Below are positions 53,145 through 61,617 of a stretch of 64,000 nt of DNA, one piece after another. The first letter of the stretch is position 1; each line of letters opens with the position of its first letter. Source of the DNA: an uncultured beta proteobacterium (GTDB lineage Bacteria > Pseudomonadota > Gammaproteobacteria > Burkholderiales > Burkholderiaceae_C); NCBI GenBank assembly GCA_963816315.1, contig CAWFJZ010000032.1, forward strand, positions 46,030-110,029. The letters are read 5' to 3'. The position numbers were made by a program, and so were the translations under genes. The notes beneath the pieces were generated by a model. The model did not search any database. It had not been told where the DNA came from and saw nothing but the letters and a program-made list of their open reading frames with translations.

Positions 53145-53198
53145 GTTCGGGGCTTGCCGGCATGTTCACGTCGTTGAAGAAGAAGCTGTTCGGGAACG
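52040..53198 (+). repeat. identical tract 1, copy b (3' end of D + spacer + first 12 codons of E)
   Basis: See copy a. Mismatches bound the tract at 47217/52039 (g/c) and 48377/53199 (g/c). Confidence 0.85.
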
Positions 53199-55744
53199 CG
53201 GCGAGCAAGCAAGGGGAGTCGGCGCGCGGTGCCGCCGTATCGAGCGAAGCCGAGGCCAACGCCTCGGAATTCACGCAGCGCGGCAACGCGCTCCGCGAAC
53301 AGGGCCGCCTACAGGAAGCTGCACAGTGCTATCGGCAGGCCCTGGCAGCATCGCCCTACGACATCGGCGCGCTGGTCAACCTGGGCTTTGTGCTGAGCGA
53401 GCTCGAACAATACGTGGAGGCTCGCTCGCCTCTCCAGAAGGCAGCGTTGCTCGACCCGAAGCAAGACGATGCCCTGTACATCCTGGGCACCATCGAGCGC
53501 GCTACCGGCAACCAGGACAAGGCAATCGAGCACTTTGGCGCGACGCTGGCCCTGCGACCCGACTTCTCGCTCTGCCGGCTCGATCTGTGCCGTCTGCTGT
53601 TTGAGCGCGGGTTCGTGCAAGAGGCCAGAGAAGTCGTCAACACCGGCATAGCCATCGACCCCAACTCGGCCGACCTGCACTACTACCTAGGCAATCTACA
53701 TAACGAAGCGCGCGAGCTGGATGAGGCCGTCGCGTGCTTCCAGAAGGCGTTGGCACTTCAGCCGAACTACGCGCCCGCGTATCAAGGCTTGGCCATGGCG
53801 CATTCGAATCTCGGAACAGCCCTTCAAGCTCAGGGGAAGTTCGATGCCGCCGCGGCGGCCTACCGCCGTGCGTTGGAACTGAGGCCCGATCATGCGCAGG
53901 CGCATTGCGGTCTGGCCTCCGTGTCTCACTCGCAAGGGCGTTTGAACGACGCTATACAGAGCTACAAAACCGCGCTTTCGTTGCAGCCGGATTTCACCGT
54001 GGCCTGGGTCAACCTGGGAAATGTCTTTCAAGATCTGGGCGCCCTGCCGAACGCTATCGACAGCTATCAGGCTGCAATTGCGCTGGAGCCAACGATTGCC
54101 GAAGCGCATAACAACCTGGCCACCGCGCTACAAGCACAAGGCAAGCTCAGCGATGCGGTCACGAGCTACGAAACGGCGATCGAACTCAAACCGAACTACG
54201 CCGAGGCTCACTGCAATTTGGGGACGGTGTTGGCCGCGCTGGGCGATAACCCTGCAGCCATCACGAGGTATCGACTGGCGATATCCATGGCCCCCGACTA
54301 TGCCGATGCTCATAGCAATCTTGGCAATCTTCTTCAAAGCTGTGGTCAGCTAGGCGCTGCACACGAGAGTTACACCAAAGCTCTTTCGTTGACGCCTGAC
54401 AGCGCCACTGCGCACCGCAACCTGGGAGGCGTATTTCAGGAAATGGGCGAGCACGACGCGGCGATCGAAAGCTTGCAACATGCACTCACGCTCAAACCGG
54501 ACTGCGCCATCGCGCAGTTCATGTTGCTCTTCACGCTGAACTATCACCCCGACAAGAGCGCGCAAGAGATCTTTGCGGCCTATCGCGACTACGACCAGCG
54601 GGTGGGCCTGCCGCTGCGCAGCAGCTGGCGCGAGCATGGCAACTCGCGCGACTCATCCAAGCGCCTGAAGGTGGGCTATGTCTCGCCCGATTTTCGCCAG
54701 CACGCGGTGCGCCACTTCCTCGAGCCGCTGCTGGCCCACCACGACAAGCGACAGGTCGAGGTGTTCGCCTATGCAGAGCTGTCGATGGAAGACGCCATGA
54801 CGGCCCGCTACCGCGGCTTCGCCGACCACTGGGTGCCCACCGTCGGCCTGACCGACGAGATGCTGGCCGAACGCATCCGCGCCGACGAGATCGACATCCT
54901 TATTGATCTGGCGGGGCAGACGGCGAAGAACCGGCTGGGGGTCTTTGCGCGCAAGCCTGCGCCGGTGTCGATGTCGTGGCTGGGCTTTGGCTACACAACG
55001 GGGCTGAGCGCCATCGACTACATGCTCACCGACAGCGCAAGCACCCCCGAAGGCAGCGAAGACTTGTTTGCCGAGCAACCTTGGCGGCTAACGACGCCAG
55101 GCTATGCCTATCGTCCGGCCAATGGCATGGGCCATGTCAGCAGCTTGCCGGCGCAAGACCGGGGCTTCATCACCTTCGGCACGTTGACGCGCTCGGTGCG
55201 CATCAACCACCGCTCTATCCGAGTGTGGTCGCAAATACTGCATCGCTTGCCAGGGGCGCGACTGGTGGTGGACAGCAGCAACTACCGGGACGAAAGCATG
55301 CGCAACGCGCTGCTGGACAAGTTCTCGGCCCATGGCATCGGTCCCGAGCGGCTGGAGCTTGGTTTTCATTCACCGCCGTGGGATGTGCTGCGCGGCATGG
55401 ACATCGGGCTGGACTGCTTTCCGCACAACTCGGGCACGACGCTGTTCGAGTCGCTCTACATGGGTGTGCCCTACGTCACCCTCGCCGGGCGGCCGAGCGT
55501 GGGCCGCCTGGGCAGCTCGATCCTGCAGGGCGTGGGCCACCCCGAGTGGATCGCCGACAGCGAGGACGAGTACGTTGAGTTGGCCGTAGCGCTGGCCAGC
55601 GATCTGCCCAAGCTGGCTGCGCTGCGCGCGGGCTTGCGCGCGCAGATGCAGGCCAGCGCGGTGATGGACGAGCCCGCCTTCGCACGCAAGCTGGAGACGG
55701 CTTATCGCGAGATGTTCTCGCGCTGGGCCGAAGGCTCGGCCTGA
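53162..55744 (+). CDS. TPR + GT41 glycosyltransferase, paralogue E (860 aa)
   Basis: Start ATG 53162 (MFTSLKKKLFGN). About 480 aa of TPRs plus the GT41-like domain. Confidence 0.85.
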   Translation: MFTSLKKKLFGNAASKQGESARGAAVSSEAEANASEFTQRGNALREQGRLQEAAQCYRQALAASPYDIGALVNLGFVLSELEQYVEARSPLQKAALLDPKQDDALYILGTIERATGNQDKAIEHFGATLALRPDFSLCRLDLCRLLFERGFVQEAREVVNTGIAIDPNSADLHYYLGNLHNEARELDEAVACFQKALALQPNYAPAYQGLAMAHSNLGTALQAQGKFDAAAAAYRRALELRPDHAQAHCGLASVSHSQGRLNDAIQSYKTALSLQPDFTVAWVNLGNVFQDLGALPNAIDSYQAAIALEPTIAEAHNNLATALQAQGKLSDAVTSYETAIELKPNYAEAHCNLGTVLAALGDNPAAITRYRLAISMAPDYADAHSNLGNLLQSCGQLGAAHESYTKALSLTPDSATAHRNLGGVFQEMGEHDAAIESLQHALTLKPDCAIAQFMLLFTLNYHPDKSAQEIFAAYRDYDQRVGLPLRSSWREHGNSRDSSKRLKVGYVSPDFRQHAVRHFLEPLLAHHDKRQVEVFAYAELSMEDAMTARYRGFADHWVPTVGLTDEMLAERIRADEIDILIDLAGQTAKNRLGVFARKPAPVSMSWLGFGYTTGLSAIDYMLTDSASTPEGSEDLFAEQPWRLTTPGYAYRPANGMGHVSSLPAQDRGFITFGTLTRSVRINHRSIRVWSQILHRLPGARLVVDSSNYRDESMRNALLDKFSAHGIGPERLELGFHSPPWDVLRGMDIGLDCFPHNSGTTLFESLYMGVPYVTLAGRPSVGRLGSSILQGVGHPEWIADSEDEYVELAVALASDLPKLAALRAGLRAQMQASAVMDEPAFARKLETAYREMFSRWAEGSA

Positions 55745-56317
55745 GTTTCGGGGCTCACAGGCATGTTCACGTCGTTGAAGAACAAGCTGTTCGGCAGCAC
55801 AGCAAAGCAGCCGCAACCGCCCGAACCCCAGGCCGACGCCGCGGCGGTCAAGAAACGCGGCAACGCACTGCGCGAACAAGGCCATCTACAGGAGGCCGTG
55901 CAGTGCTATCGCCGGGCCCTGGCAGCAGCGCCCAACGATGTCGGCGCGCTGGTTAACTTGGGATTTGTGCTGAGCGAGCTCAAGCAGCATGCGGAGGCTC
56001 GCTCGCATCTCGAAAAGGCCATTCAGCTCGACCCGAAACAGGACGATGCCTTGTACATCCTTGGCACCATCGAGCGCGCCACCGGCAATCCGGACCAGGC
56101 GATCGAGCGCTTTGGCGCAACGCTGGATCTCAAGCCCGACTTCTCGATGTGCCGGCTCGAGCTGTGCCGCCTGCTGTTCGAGCGCGGTCGTGCTGACGAA
56201 GCCAAGCAGGTCGTCCAAGCCGGTATCGCCATCGACCCCGCCTCGGCCGATCTGCACTACTACCTGGGCAATCTGCATCACGAAGCTCGTGAGCTGGATG
56301 CGGCCATCTCGTGCTTC
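55334..56317 (+). repeat. identical tract 2, copy a (3' end of E + spacer + first 185 codons of F)
   Basis: Matches 57278-58261 at an offset of 1944 nt. ORF translations are identical (55370..55885 = 57314..57829, 55471..55689 = 57415..57633), and F and G proteins are identical through ...AISCF. Confidence 0.85.
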
Positions 56318-57688
56318 GAGCGGGCGTTGTCCATCAGTCCGGACTACGCCGAGGTGTATGGCAACCTGGCCAATTCGTTGCAAGAGCGGGGCAACTTGGA
56401 CCGTGCAGTCGATTGCGCGCGAAGGGCGCTGCAGCTGCAGCCGGGACTCGATGCAGCTCAGAACAACCTTCTGTTCGCGTTGAACTACCACCCCGACAAG
56501 AGCGCGCAGGAGATTTTTGCGGCCTACCGCGAGTACGACGAGCGCGTGGGGCTGCCACTGCGCAACACTTGGCGCGAGCATGCCAACTCACGCGACGCGT
56601 CCAAACGCCTGAAGGTGGGCTATGTCTCGCCGGACTTTCGCCAGCACCCGGTTCGTCATTTTTTGGAGCCACTGCTGGCCCACCACGACAAGCGTTTGGT
56701 CGAAGTGTTCGCCTACGCAGAACTGTTGCTGGAAGACGCAACAACATTGCGTTATCGCACCTACGTGGATCACTGGATCGCCACTGCCGGCCTAAGCGAC
56801 GATGCGCTTGCCGACCGGGTTCGCTCTGACGGCATCGACATCCTGCTCGACCTGGCCGGACACACTGGCAAGAATCGATTGGGCGTCTTCGCGCGCAAGC
56901 CTGCACCGGTGTCGATGTCGTGGTTGGGCTTCGGATACACGACGGGCCTGACTGCCATCGACTACATGCTCACCGATGGCGCGAGTGCTCCCGAAGGTAG
57001 CGAAGATTTGTTTGCCGAGCAGCCCTGGCGGCTGGCAACGCCGGGCTATGCCTATCGTCAGGCCGAAGGCATGGGCGCAGTGAGTGCTCTGCCGGCGCAA
57101 GACAGAGGCTTCGTCACCTTCGGCACCTTGACGCGCTCGGTGCGCATCAACCACCGCACCGTGCGGGTGTGGTCGCAAGTACTGCATCGAGTGCCAAGGG
57201 CGCGACTGGTGGTGGACAGCATGAACTATCGAAACCCATCGGTGCGAGACGAGCTGACCCGGAAGTTCGCCGAGAACGGCATCGGTCCCGAGCGGCTGGA
57301 GCTTGGTTTTCATTCACCGCCGTGGGATGTGCTGCGCGGCATGGACATCGGGCTGGACTGCTTTCCGCACAACTCGGGCACGACGCTGTTCGAGTCGCTC
57401 TACATGGGTGTGCCCTACGTCACCCTCGCCGGGCGGCCGAGCGTGGGCCGCCTGGGCAGCTCGATCCTGCAGGGCGTGGGCCACCCCGAGTGGATCGCCG
57501 ACAGCGAGGACGAGTACGTTGAGTTGGCCGTAGCGCTGGCCAGCGATCTGCCCAAGCTGGCTGCGCTGCGCGCGGGCTTGCGCGCGCAGATGCAGGCCAG
57601 CGCGGTGATGGACGAGCCCGCCTTCGCACGCAAGCTGGAGACGGCTTATCGCGAGATGTTCTCGCGCTGGGCCGAAGGCTCGGCCTGA
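55763..57688 (+). CDS. TPR + GT41 glycosyltransferase, paralogue F (641 aa)
   Basis: MFTSLKNKLFGS. About 260 aa of TPRs plus the GT41-like domain. The 5' 555 nt are identical to G and the 3' 411 nt are identical to E. Confidence 0.85.
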   Translation: MFTSLKNKLFGSTAKQPQPPEPQADAAAVKKRGNALREQGHLQEAVQCYRRALAAAPNDVGALVNLGFVLSELKQHAEARSHLEKAIQLDPKQDDALYILGTIERATGNPDQAIERFGATLDLKPDFSMCRLELCRLLFERGRADEAKQVVQAGIAIDPASADLHYYLGNLHHEARELDAAISCFERALSISPDYAEVYGNLANSLQERGNLDRAVDCARRALQLQPGLDAAQNNLLFALNYHPDKSAQEIFAAYREYDERVGLPLRNTWREHANSRDASKRLKVGYVSPDFRQHPVRHFLEPLLAHHDKRLVEVFAYAELLLEDATTLRYRTYVDHWIATAGLSDDALADRVRSDGIDILLDLAGHTGKNRLGVFARKPAPVSMSWLGFGYTTGLTAIDYMLTDGASAPEGSEDLFAEQPWRLATPGYAYRQAEGMGAVSALPAQDRGFVTFGTLTRSVRINHRTVRVWSQVLHRVPRARLVVDSMNYRNPSVRDELTRKFAENGIGPERLELGFHSPPWDVLRGMDIGLDCFPHNSGTTLFESLYMGVPYVTLAGRPSVGRLGSSILQGVGHPEWIADSEDEYVELAVALASDLPKLAALRAGLRAQMQASAVMDEPAFARKLETAYREMFSRWAEGSA

Positions 57689-58261
57689 GTTTCGGGGCTC
57701 ACAGGCATGTTCACGTCGTTGAAGAACAAGCTGTTCGGCAGCACAGCAAAGCAGCCGCAACCGCCCGAACCCCAGGCCGACGCCGCGGCGGTCAAGAAAC
57801 GCGGCAACGCACTGCGCGAACAAGGCCATCTACAGGAGGCCGTGCAGTGCTATCGCCGGGCCCTGGCAGCAGCGCCCAACGATGTCGGCGCGCTGGTTAA
57901 CTTGGGATTTGTGCTGAGCGAGCTCAAGCAGCATGCGGAGGCTCGCTCGCATCTCGAAAAGGCCATTCAGCTCGACCCGAAACAGGACGATGCCTTGTAC
58001 ATCCTTGGCACCATCGAGCGCGCCACCGGCAATCCGGACCAGGCGATCGAGCGCTTTGGCGCAACGCTGGATCTCAAGCCCGACTTCTCGATGTGCCGGC
58101 TCGAGCTGTGCCGCCTGCTGTTCGAGCGCGGTCGTGCTGACGAAGCCAAGCAGGTCGTCCAAGCCGGTATCGCCATCGACCCCGCCTCGGCCGATCTGCA
58201 CTACTACCTGGGCAATCTGCATCACGAAGCTCGTGAGCTGGATGCGGCCATCTCGTGCTTC
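57278..58261 (+). repeat. identical tract 2, copy b (3' end of F + spacer + first 185 codons of G)
   Basis: See copy a. The tract is bounded by t/c at 55333/57277 and g/c at 56318/58262. Confidence 0.85.
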
Positions 58262-59653
58262 CAGAAAGCGTTGGCTCTTCGGCCGGACTATCTGGAGGTG
58301 CACAACAATCTTGGCAACAGCTATCTCGCACAAGGCGAACTCGAAGCTTCGCTCGAGTCTTATCAGAAGGTGATTTTGCTCGACCCGCGCTTCCCGAATG
58401 CCTACGGCACGATGCTGTTCCCGCTGAACTACCACCCAGATCTCGGCGCGGACGAAATATTCGCGGCATATCGGGCCTACGACGCCCATGTCGGGCTACC
58501 GCTGCGCTCTGCTTGGCGGGCGCACGACAACGATCGCAGCATCACGCGGCGTCTCCGGGTGGGCTATGTCTCGGCCGACTTCTATGAGCACGCGGTGCGG
58601 TTTTTCCTGGAACCCTTGCTGGCAAACCACGACAAAGCCACCGTTGAAATATTTGCCTATGCCGAGCTGGACAAAGAAGACTCGACGACGGCAATTTACA
58701 GACGATACGTGGACCACTGGACGCCGACCATGGACCTATCGGATGACGCGCTCGCTGAGCGCATTCGGTTCGACAGGATCGACATCCTCGTCGACCTCGC
58801 GGGGCACACGGCGAAGAACCGGCTGGGTGTGTTTGCACGAAAGCCAGCTCCGGTTTCACTCTCATGGCTCGGCTACGGATATACAACCGGACTCGGTGCC
58901 ATTGACTACTTTTTGACTGACAGCATCAGCGCACCACCAGGCAGCGAGAGCTTGTTCGCTGAAAAGCCTTGGTGCCTGTCAACTCCCGCATGCTCCTACC
59001 GACCGGCGGTGCAAATGGGCAATGTCAGCAGTTTGCCGGCACAGAGCAACGGTGTGGTCACCTTCGGCACGCTGACGCGCGCAATACGGATCAATCACCG
59101 CTCCATTCGTGTTTGGGCCGAGATTCTGAAGCGAGTACGCGGTTCCCGACTGGTGGTGAACAGCACCAGCTTTCGCGAGCCGGCGATGCGTACCAGTCTG
59201 GCCGAGAAGTTTGCGGTAAACGGAATCGAAAGGGAGCGTCTGCAGATCGGCTATGACACCCCGCCGTGGGATGTGCTGCGCGCTATGGACATCGGGCTCG
59301 ATTGCTTTCCGCACAACTCGGGGACCACGCTGTTCGAAAGCTTGTACATGGGCGTGCCCTTCGTCACTCTGGCCGGCCGACCCAGCGTGGGCCGACTGGG
59401 AAGTTCGGTTTTGCACGGCGCTGGGCACCCGGAGTGGATTGCCCACAGCGAGGACGAGTACATCGACAAGGCGGTCGCACTGGCCAGCGACCTGCCAAAG
59501 CTGGCCGCGTTGCGCGCGGGGCTGCGTGCGCAGGTCGAGGCCAGCCCGATCAGGGACGAGGCCGGGTTCGCCCGCAAGGTGGAATTGGCCTACCGCGAGA
59601 TGTTCGCAATCTGGGCAAATGGAGCAAGCGACGCTCCGGCGGCCAGAACTTGA
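57707..59653 (+). CDS. TPR + GT41 glycosyltransferase, paralogue G (648 aa)
   Basis: MFTSLKNKLFGS. About 265 aa of TPRs plus the most divergent GT41-like domain in the array (MLFPLNYHPDLGA...FPHNSGTTLFESLYMGVPFVTLAG). Confidence 0.85.
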   Translation: MFTSLKNKLFGSTAKQPQPPEPQADAAAVKKRGNALREQGHLQEAVQCYRRALAAAPNDVGALVNLGFVLSELKQHAEARSHLEKAIQLDPKQDDALYILGTIERATGNPDQAIERFGATLDLKPDFSMCRLELCRLLFERGRADEAKQVVQAGIAIDPASADLHYYLGNLHHEARELDAAISCFQKALALRPDYLEVHNNLGNSYLAQGELEASLESYQKVILLDPRFPNAYGTMLFPLNYHPDLGADEIFAAYRAYDAHVGLPLRSAWRAHDNDRSITRRLRVGYVSADFYEHAVRFFLEPLLANHDKATVEIFAYAELDKEDSTTAIYRRYVDHWTPTMDLSDDALAERIRFDRIDILVDLAGHTAKNRLGVFARKPAPVSLSWLGYGYTTGLGAIDYFLTDSISAPPGSESLFAEKPWCLSTPACSYRPAVQMGNVSSLPAQSNGVVTFGTLTRAIRINHRSIRVWAEILKRVRGSRLVVNSTSFREPAMRTSLAEKFAVNGIERERLQIGYDTPPWDVLRAMDIGLDCFPHNSGTTLFESLYMGVPFVTLAGRPSVGRLGSSVLHGAGHPEWIAHSEDEYIDKAVALASDLPKLAALRAGLRAQVEASPIRDEAGFARKVELAYREMFAIWANGASDAPAART

Positions 59654-59656
59654 ACG

Positions 59657-60385
59657 TCAGTTCACGCGCCTGAGGTACCCGCCCGGCGCAACGGTAATCA
59701 AAAGCTTGCTCTCGATATCGACGTTGATCTCGAAATCACGCGACTCGCGCAGAAACTGCTGCACGGCCGTTTTCGGGTTGTTGCCCGGGCCCCATGCACG
59801 GTCGCCGACCAGCCTCGCCGGCATGTCTTCGATCAGCGTGTCCATCACGACGCAGTAACCGCCCTGGCACACCAGCGGGGCATAGGCTCGCAGCTCGGCC
59901 AGCACGTGATCGTGGGTGTGGTTGGAGTCGAGCACCACAACTGCACGCTTGCCATTCGCCAAAGCGCGCACCTGATCAATTGTTGCCGCGTCGATGGACG
60001 AACCCTGCAGCAAGCGCACGCGGCGGCTCATCGGATGCGCCTCGATGGCTTCGCGGTTGTGCGGGCGGATGTCGATATCGACGCCGAGCACCTCGCCATG
60101 ACCGATCAGTTCCAGCAGTGACGCGTAGTAGAGGATCGACCCACCGTGGGCGACGCCGGCTTCGATCACCAGATCGGGCTTCACCGACCACAAGATCTCC
60201 TGCATGGCCATCATGTCCTGCGGGAACTGGATGATGGGTCGCCCCATCCAGCTGAAGTTGTACGCGTACTTGTGCGGCGACACTTCACGCACCCAGACGC
60301 GCGACAGGGCTTGCAGATCACGGTCTTGCTTCAAGCCCTCGGTGTTGCGCCGAACTTCATCTCGGAATTCTTCATGCGGGTTCAT
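59657..60385 (-). CDS. CmcI / cephalosporin-hydroxylase-family SAM-dependent (sugar O-)methyltransferase
   Basis: YAYNFSWMGRPIIQFPQDMMAMQEILWSVKPDLVIEAGVAHGGS...VVLDSNHTHDHVL is typical of the CmcI/rhamnosyl O-methyltransferase family. Start at the internal ATG 60385. Confidence 0.8.
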   Translation of the reverse strand: MNPHEEFRDEVRRNTEGLKQDRDLQALSRVWVREVSPHKYAYNFSWMGRPIIQFPQDMMAMQEILWSVKPDLVIEAGVAHGGSILYYASLLELIGHGEVLGVDIDIRPHNREAIEAHPMSRRVRLLQGSSIDAATIDQVRALANGKRAVVVLDSNHTHDHVLAELRAYAPLVCQGGYCVVMDTLIEDMPARLVGDRAWGPGNNPKTAVQQFLRESRDFEINVDIESKLLITVAPGGYLRRVN

Positions 60386-61094
60386 TGACAAATTGCCTCC
60401 AGTCGATCGATCGGGACATGATGTGCTGAATGCCGGCCCGACCGCAATGGGCCACCAGGTCGAGCCCGGTGACGTAGGGCGTGAAAGCGCCGTGCGGCTG
60501 CGGGTAAGGGTCACAACGGTACTTCATGTATTCCACGGCAATACCGGACTCTTCGAAGAGCTTGTGGTTCAGGTAGTTGCGCGCGCCGTGCCCTGTGACA
60601 TAGATATTGCCGCCCACGCGCTGGACGACCTCCAACACGCGTTCGCTGCTCGTGCCGGGAACTCCCAGCTCGCCGACATCGATGAAGCGCGTGTCGCGGT
60701 CTAGGCCGAAGTAGTGCGCCAGGGCCAAAGTCGAGGCCCGCGCCAGTGAACCCAAGTGTGAGTGAGGCGCGTTGAAAACCTCTTCCGCCAGACGCAGCGC
60801 GTCGGTGGCGAATGGGCTGCCGCCGAAGCTGGCCCTGAGCAAGTCGAGGTGGCGATTGCGCCATTTCGCAGCCGGTGCAAGCCGCACAGCATCGATGCGT
60901 TGGCCGAGGTGAAGTCCCTCGAGCGGCAGCGTCATCCAGCGCATGCCGTCCTGGGTCTTAACTTGCACTCTGTTGACAAAACTGCCCTTGGAGAACTGAA
61001 CATCGTCGTAGTGCACGAAAACATCTGCGAGGCGGATCTGCTCCAGCATGCCGACCCACGGAAACAGCATCGATTGAGAAATGACGACGCGCAT
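60372..61094 (-). CDS. WbqC-family protein
   Basis: MRVVISQSMLFPWVGMLEQIRLADVFVHYDDVQFSKGSFVNRVQVKT... matches the WbqC-like N-terminal pattern seen in O-antigen/aminosugar clusters. Confidence 0.7.
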   Translation of the reverse strand: MRVVISQSMLFPWVGMLEQIRLADVFVHYDDVQFSKGSFVNRVQVKTQDGMRWMTLPLEGLHLGQRIDAVRLAPAAKWRNRHLDLLRASFGGSPFATDALRLAEEVFNAPHSHLGSLARASTLALAHYFGLDRDTRFIDVGELGVPGTSSERVLEVVQRVGGNIYVTGHGARNYLNHKLFEESGIAVEYMKYRCDPYPQPHGAFTPYVTGLDLVAHCGRAGIQHIMSRSIDWRQFVNEPA

Positions 61095-61098
61095 GCCT

Positions 61099-61617
61099 TC
61101 AGCCGTGCTCGAGAAAGAGCTCCATCAACAGCACGTCCTGCCAATTGCCGTCGATGAAGATGTGCTTGCGGAGATGGCCGCACGGTTGAAAACCCAGGCG
61201 CCGGTAGCAGCGGATAGCACGTTCGTTGTCTGCGCGAACGCGCAAGTTGAGCTTGCGCGTTCTCCGTACATCACCAAGATAAGGCAGCGCCAGCGTGATG
61301 GCCTCGGTGCCCGCGCCGCGACCTTGGGCCGCACGGGACAGGCAGATTCCGAGATCGGCCAAGCCATCGATCGGGTCGAGCCCCGTAAACTGAATAAAGC
61401 CGAGCGCCTCATCCAAAGGTCGGTCGGCGATGACGAACAGAACACTGTCGGTGCCGTTAGAGCGACGCTCTAGCCAATCTCGCACCTGCTCCAAGTTGCT
61501 GCCTTGCGCACGCGCCAGCAACTGCGCCTGCAACGCAACGTCATTCCTCAGCACCTGAAGCCTCGGTAGATCGCGCTCCTGCCACGCGCGCAGGCGAATC
61601 GAGGCACCCTCGATCAT
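61099..61617 (-). CDS. GNAT family N-acetyltransferase
   Basis: IRLRAWQERDLPRL...CLSRAAQGRGAGTEAITLAL...NERAIRCYRRLGF. Start ATG 61617 overlaps the upstream stop (ATGA). Confidence 0.8.
   Translation of the reverse strand: MIEGASIRLRAWQERDLPRLQVLRNDVALQAQLLARAQGSNLEQVRDWLERRSNGTDSVLFVIADRPLDEALGFIQFTGLDPIDGLADLGICLSRAAQGRGAGTEAITLALPYLGDVRRTRKLNLRVRADNERAIRCYRRLGFQPCGHLRKHIFIDGNWQDVLLMELFLEHG

Noticed and set aside
43357-59653. A periodic repeat structure that might suggest a CRISPR array, a satellite or a mobile-element pile-up.
   Set aside because: The periodicity is at the protein level (34-aa TPR units and about 2-2.9 kb gene units), with continuous long ORFs. There are no short direct repeats with unique spacers, and no transposase or integrase.
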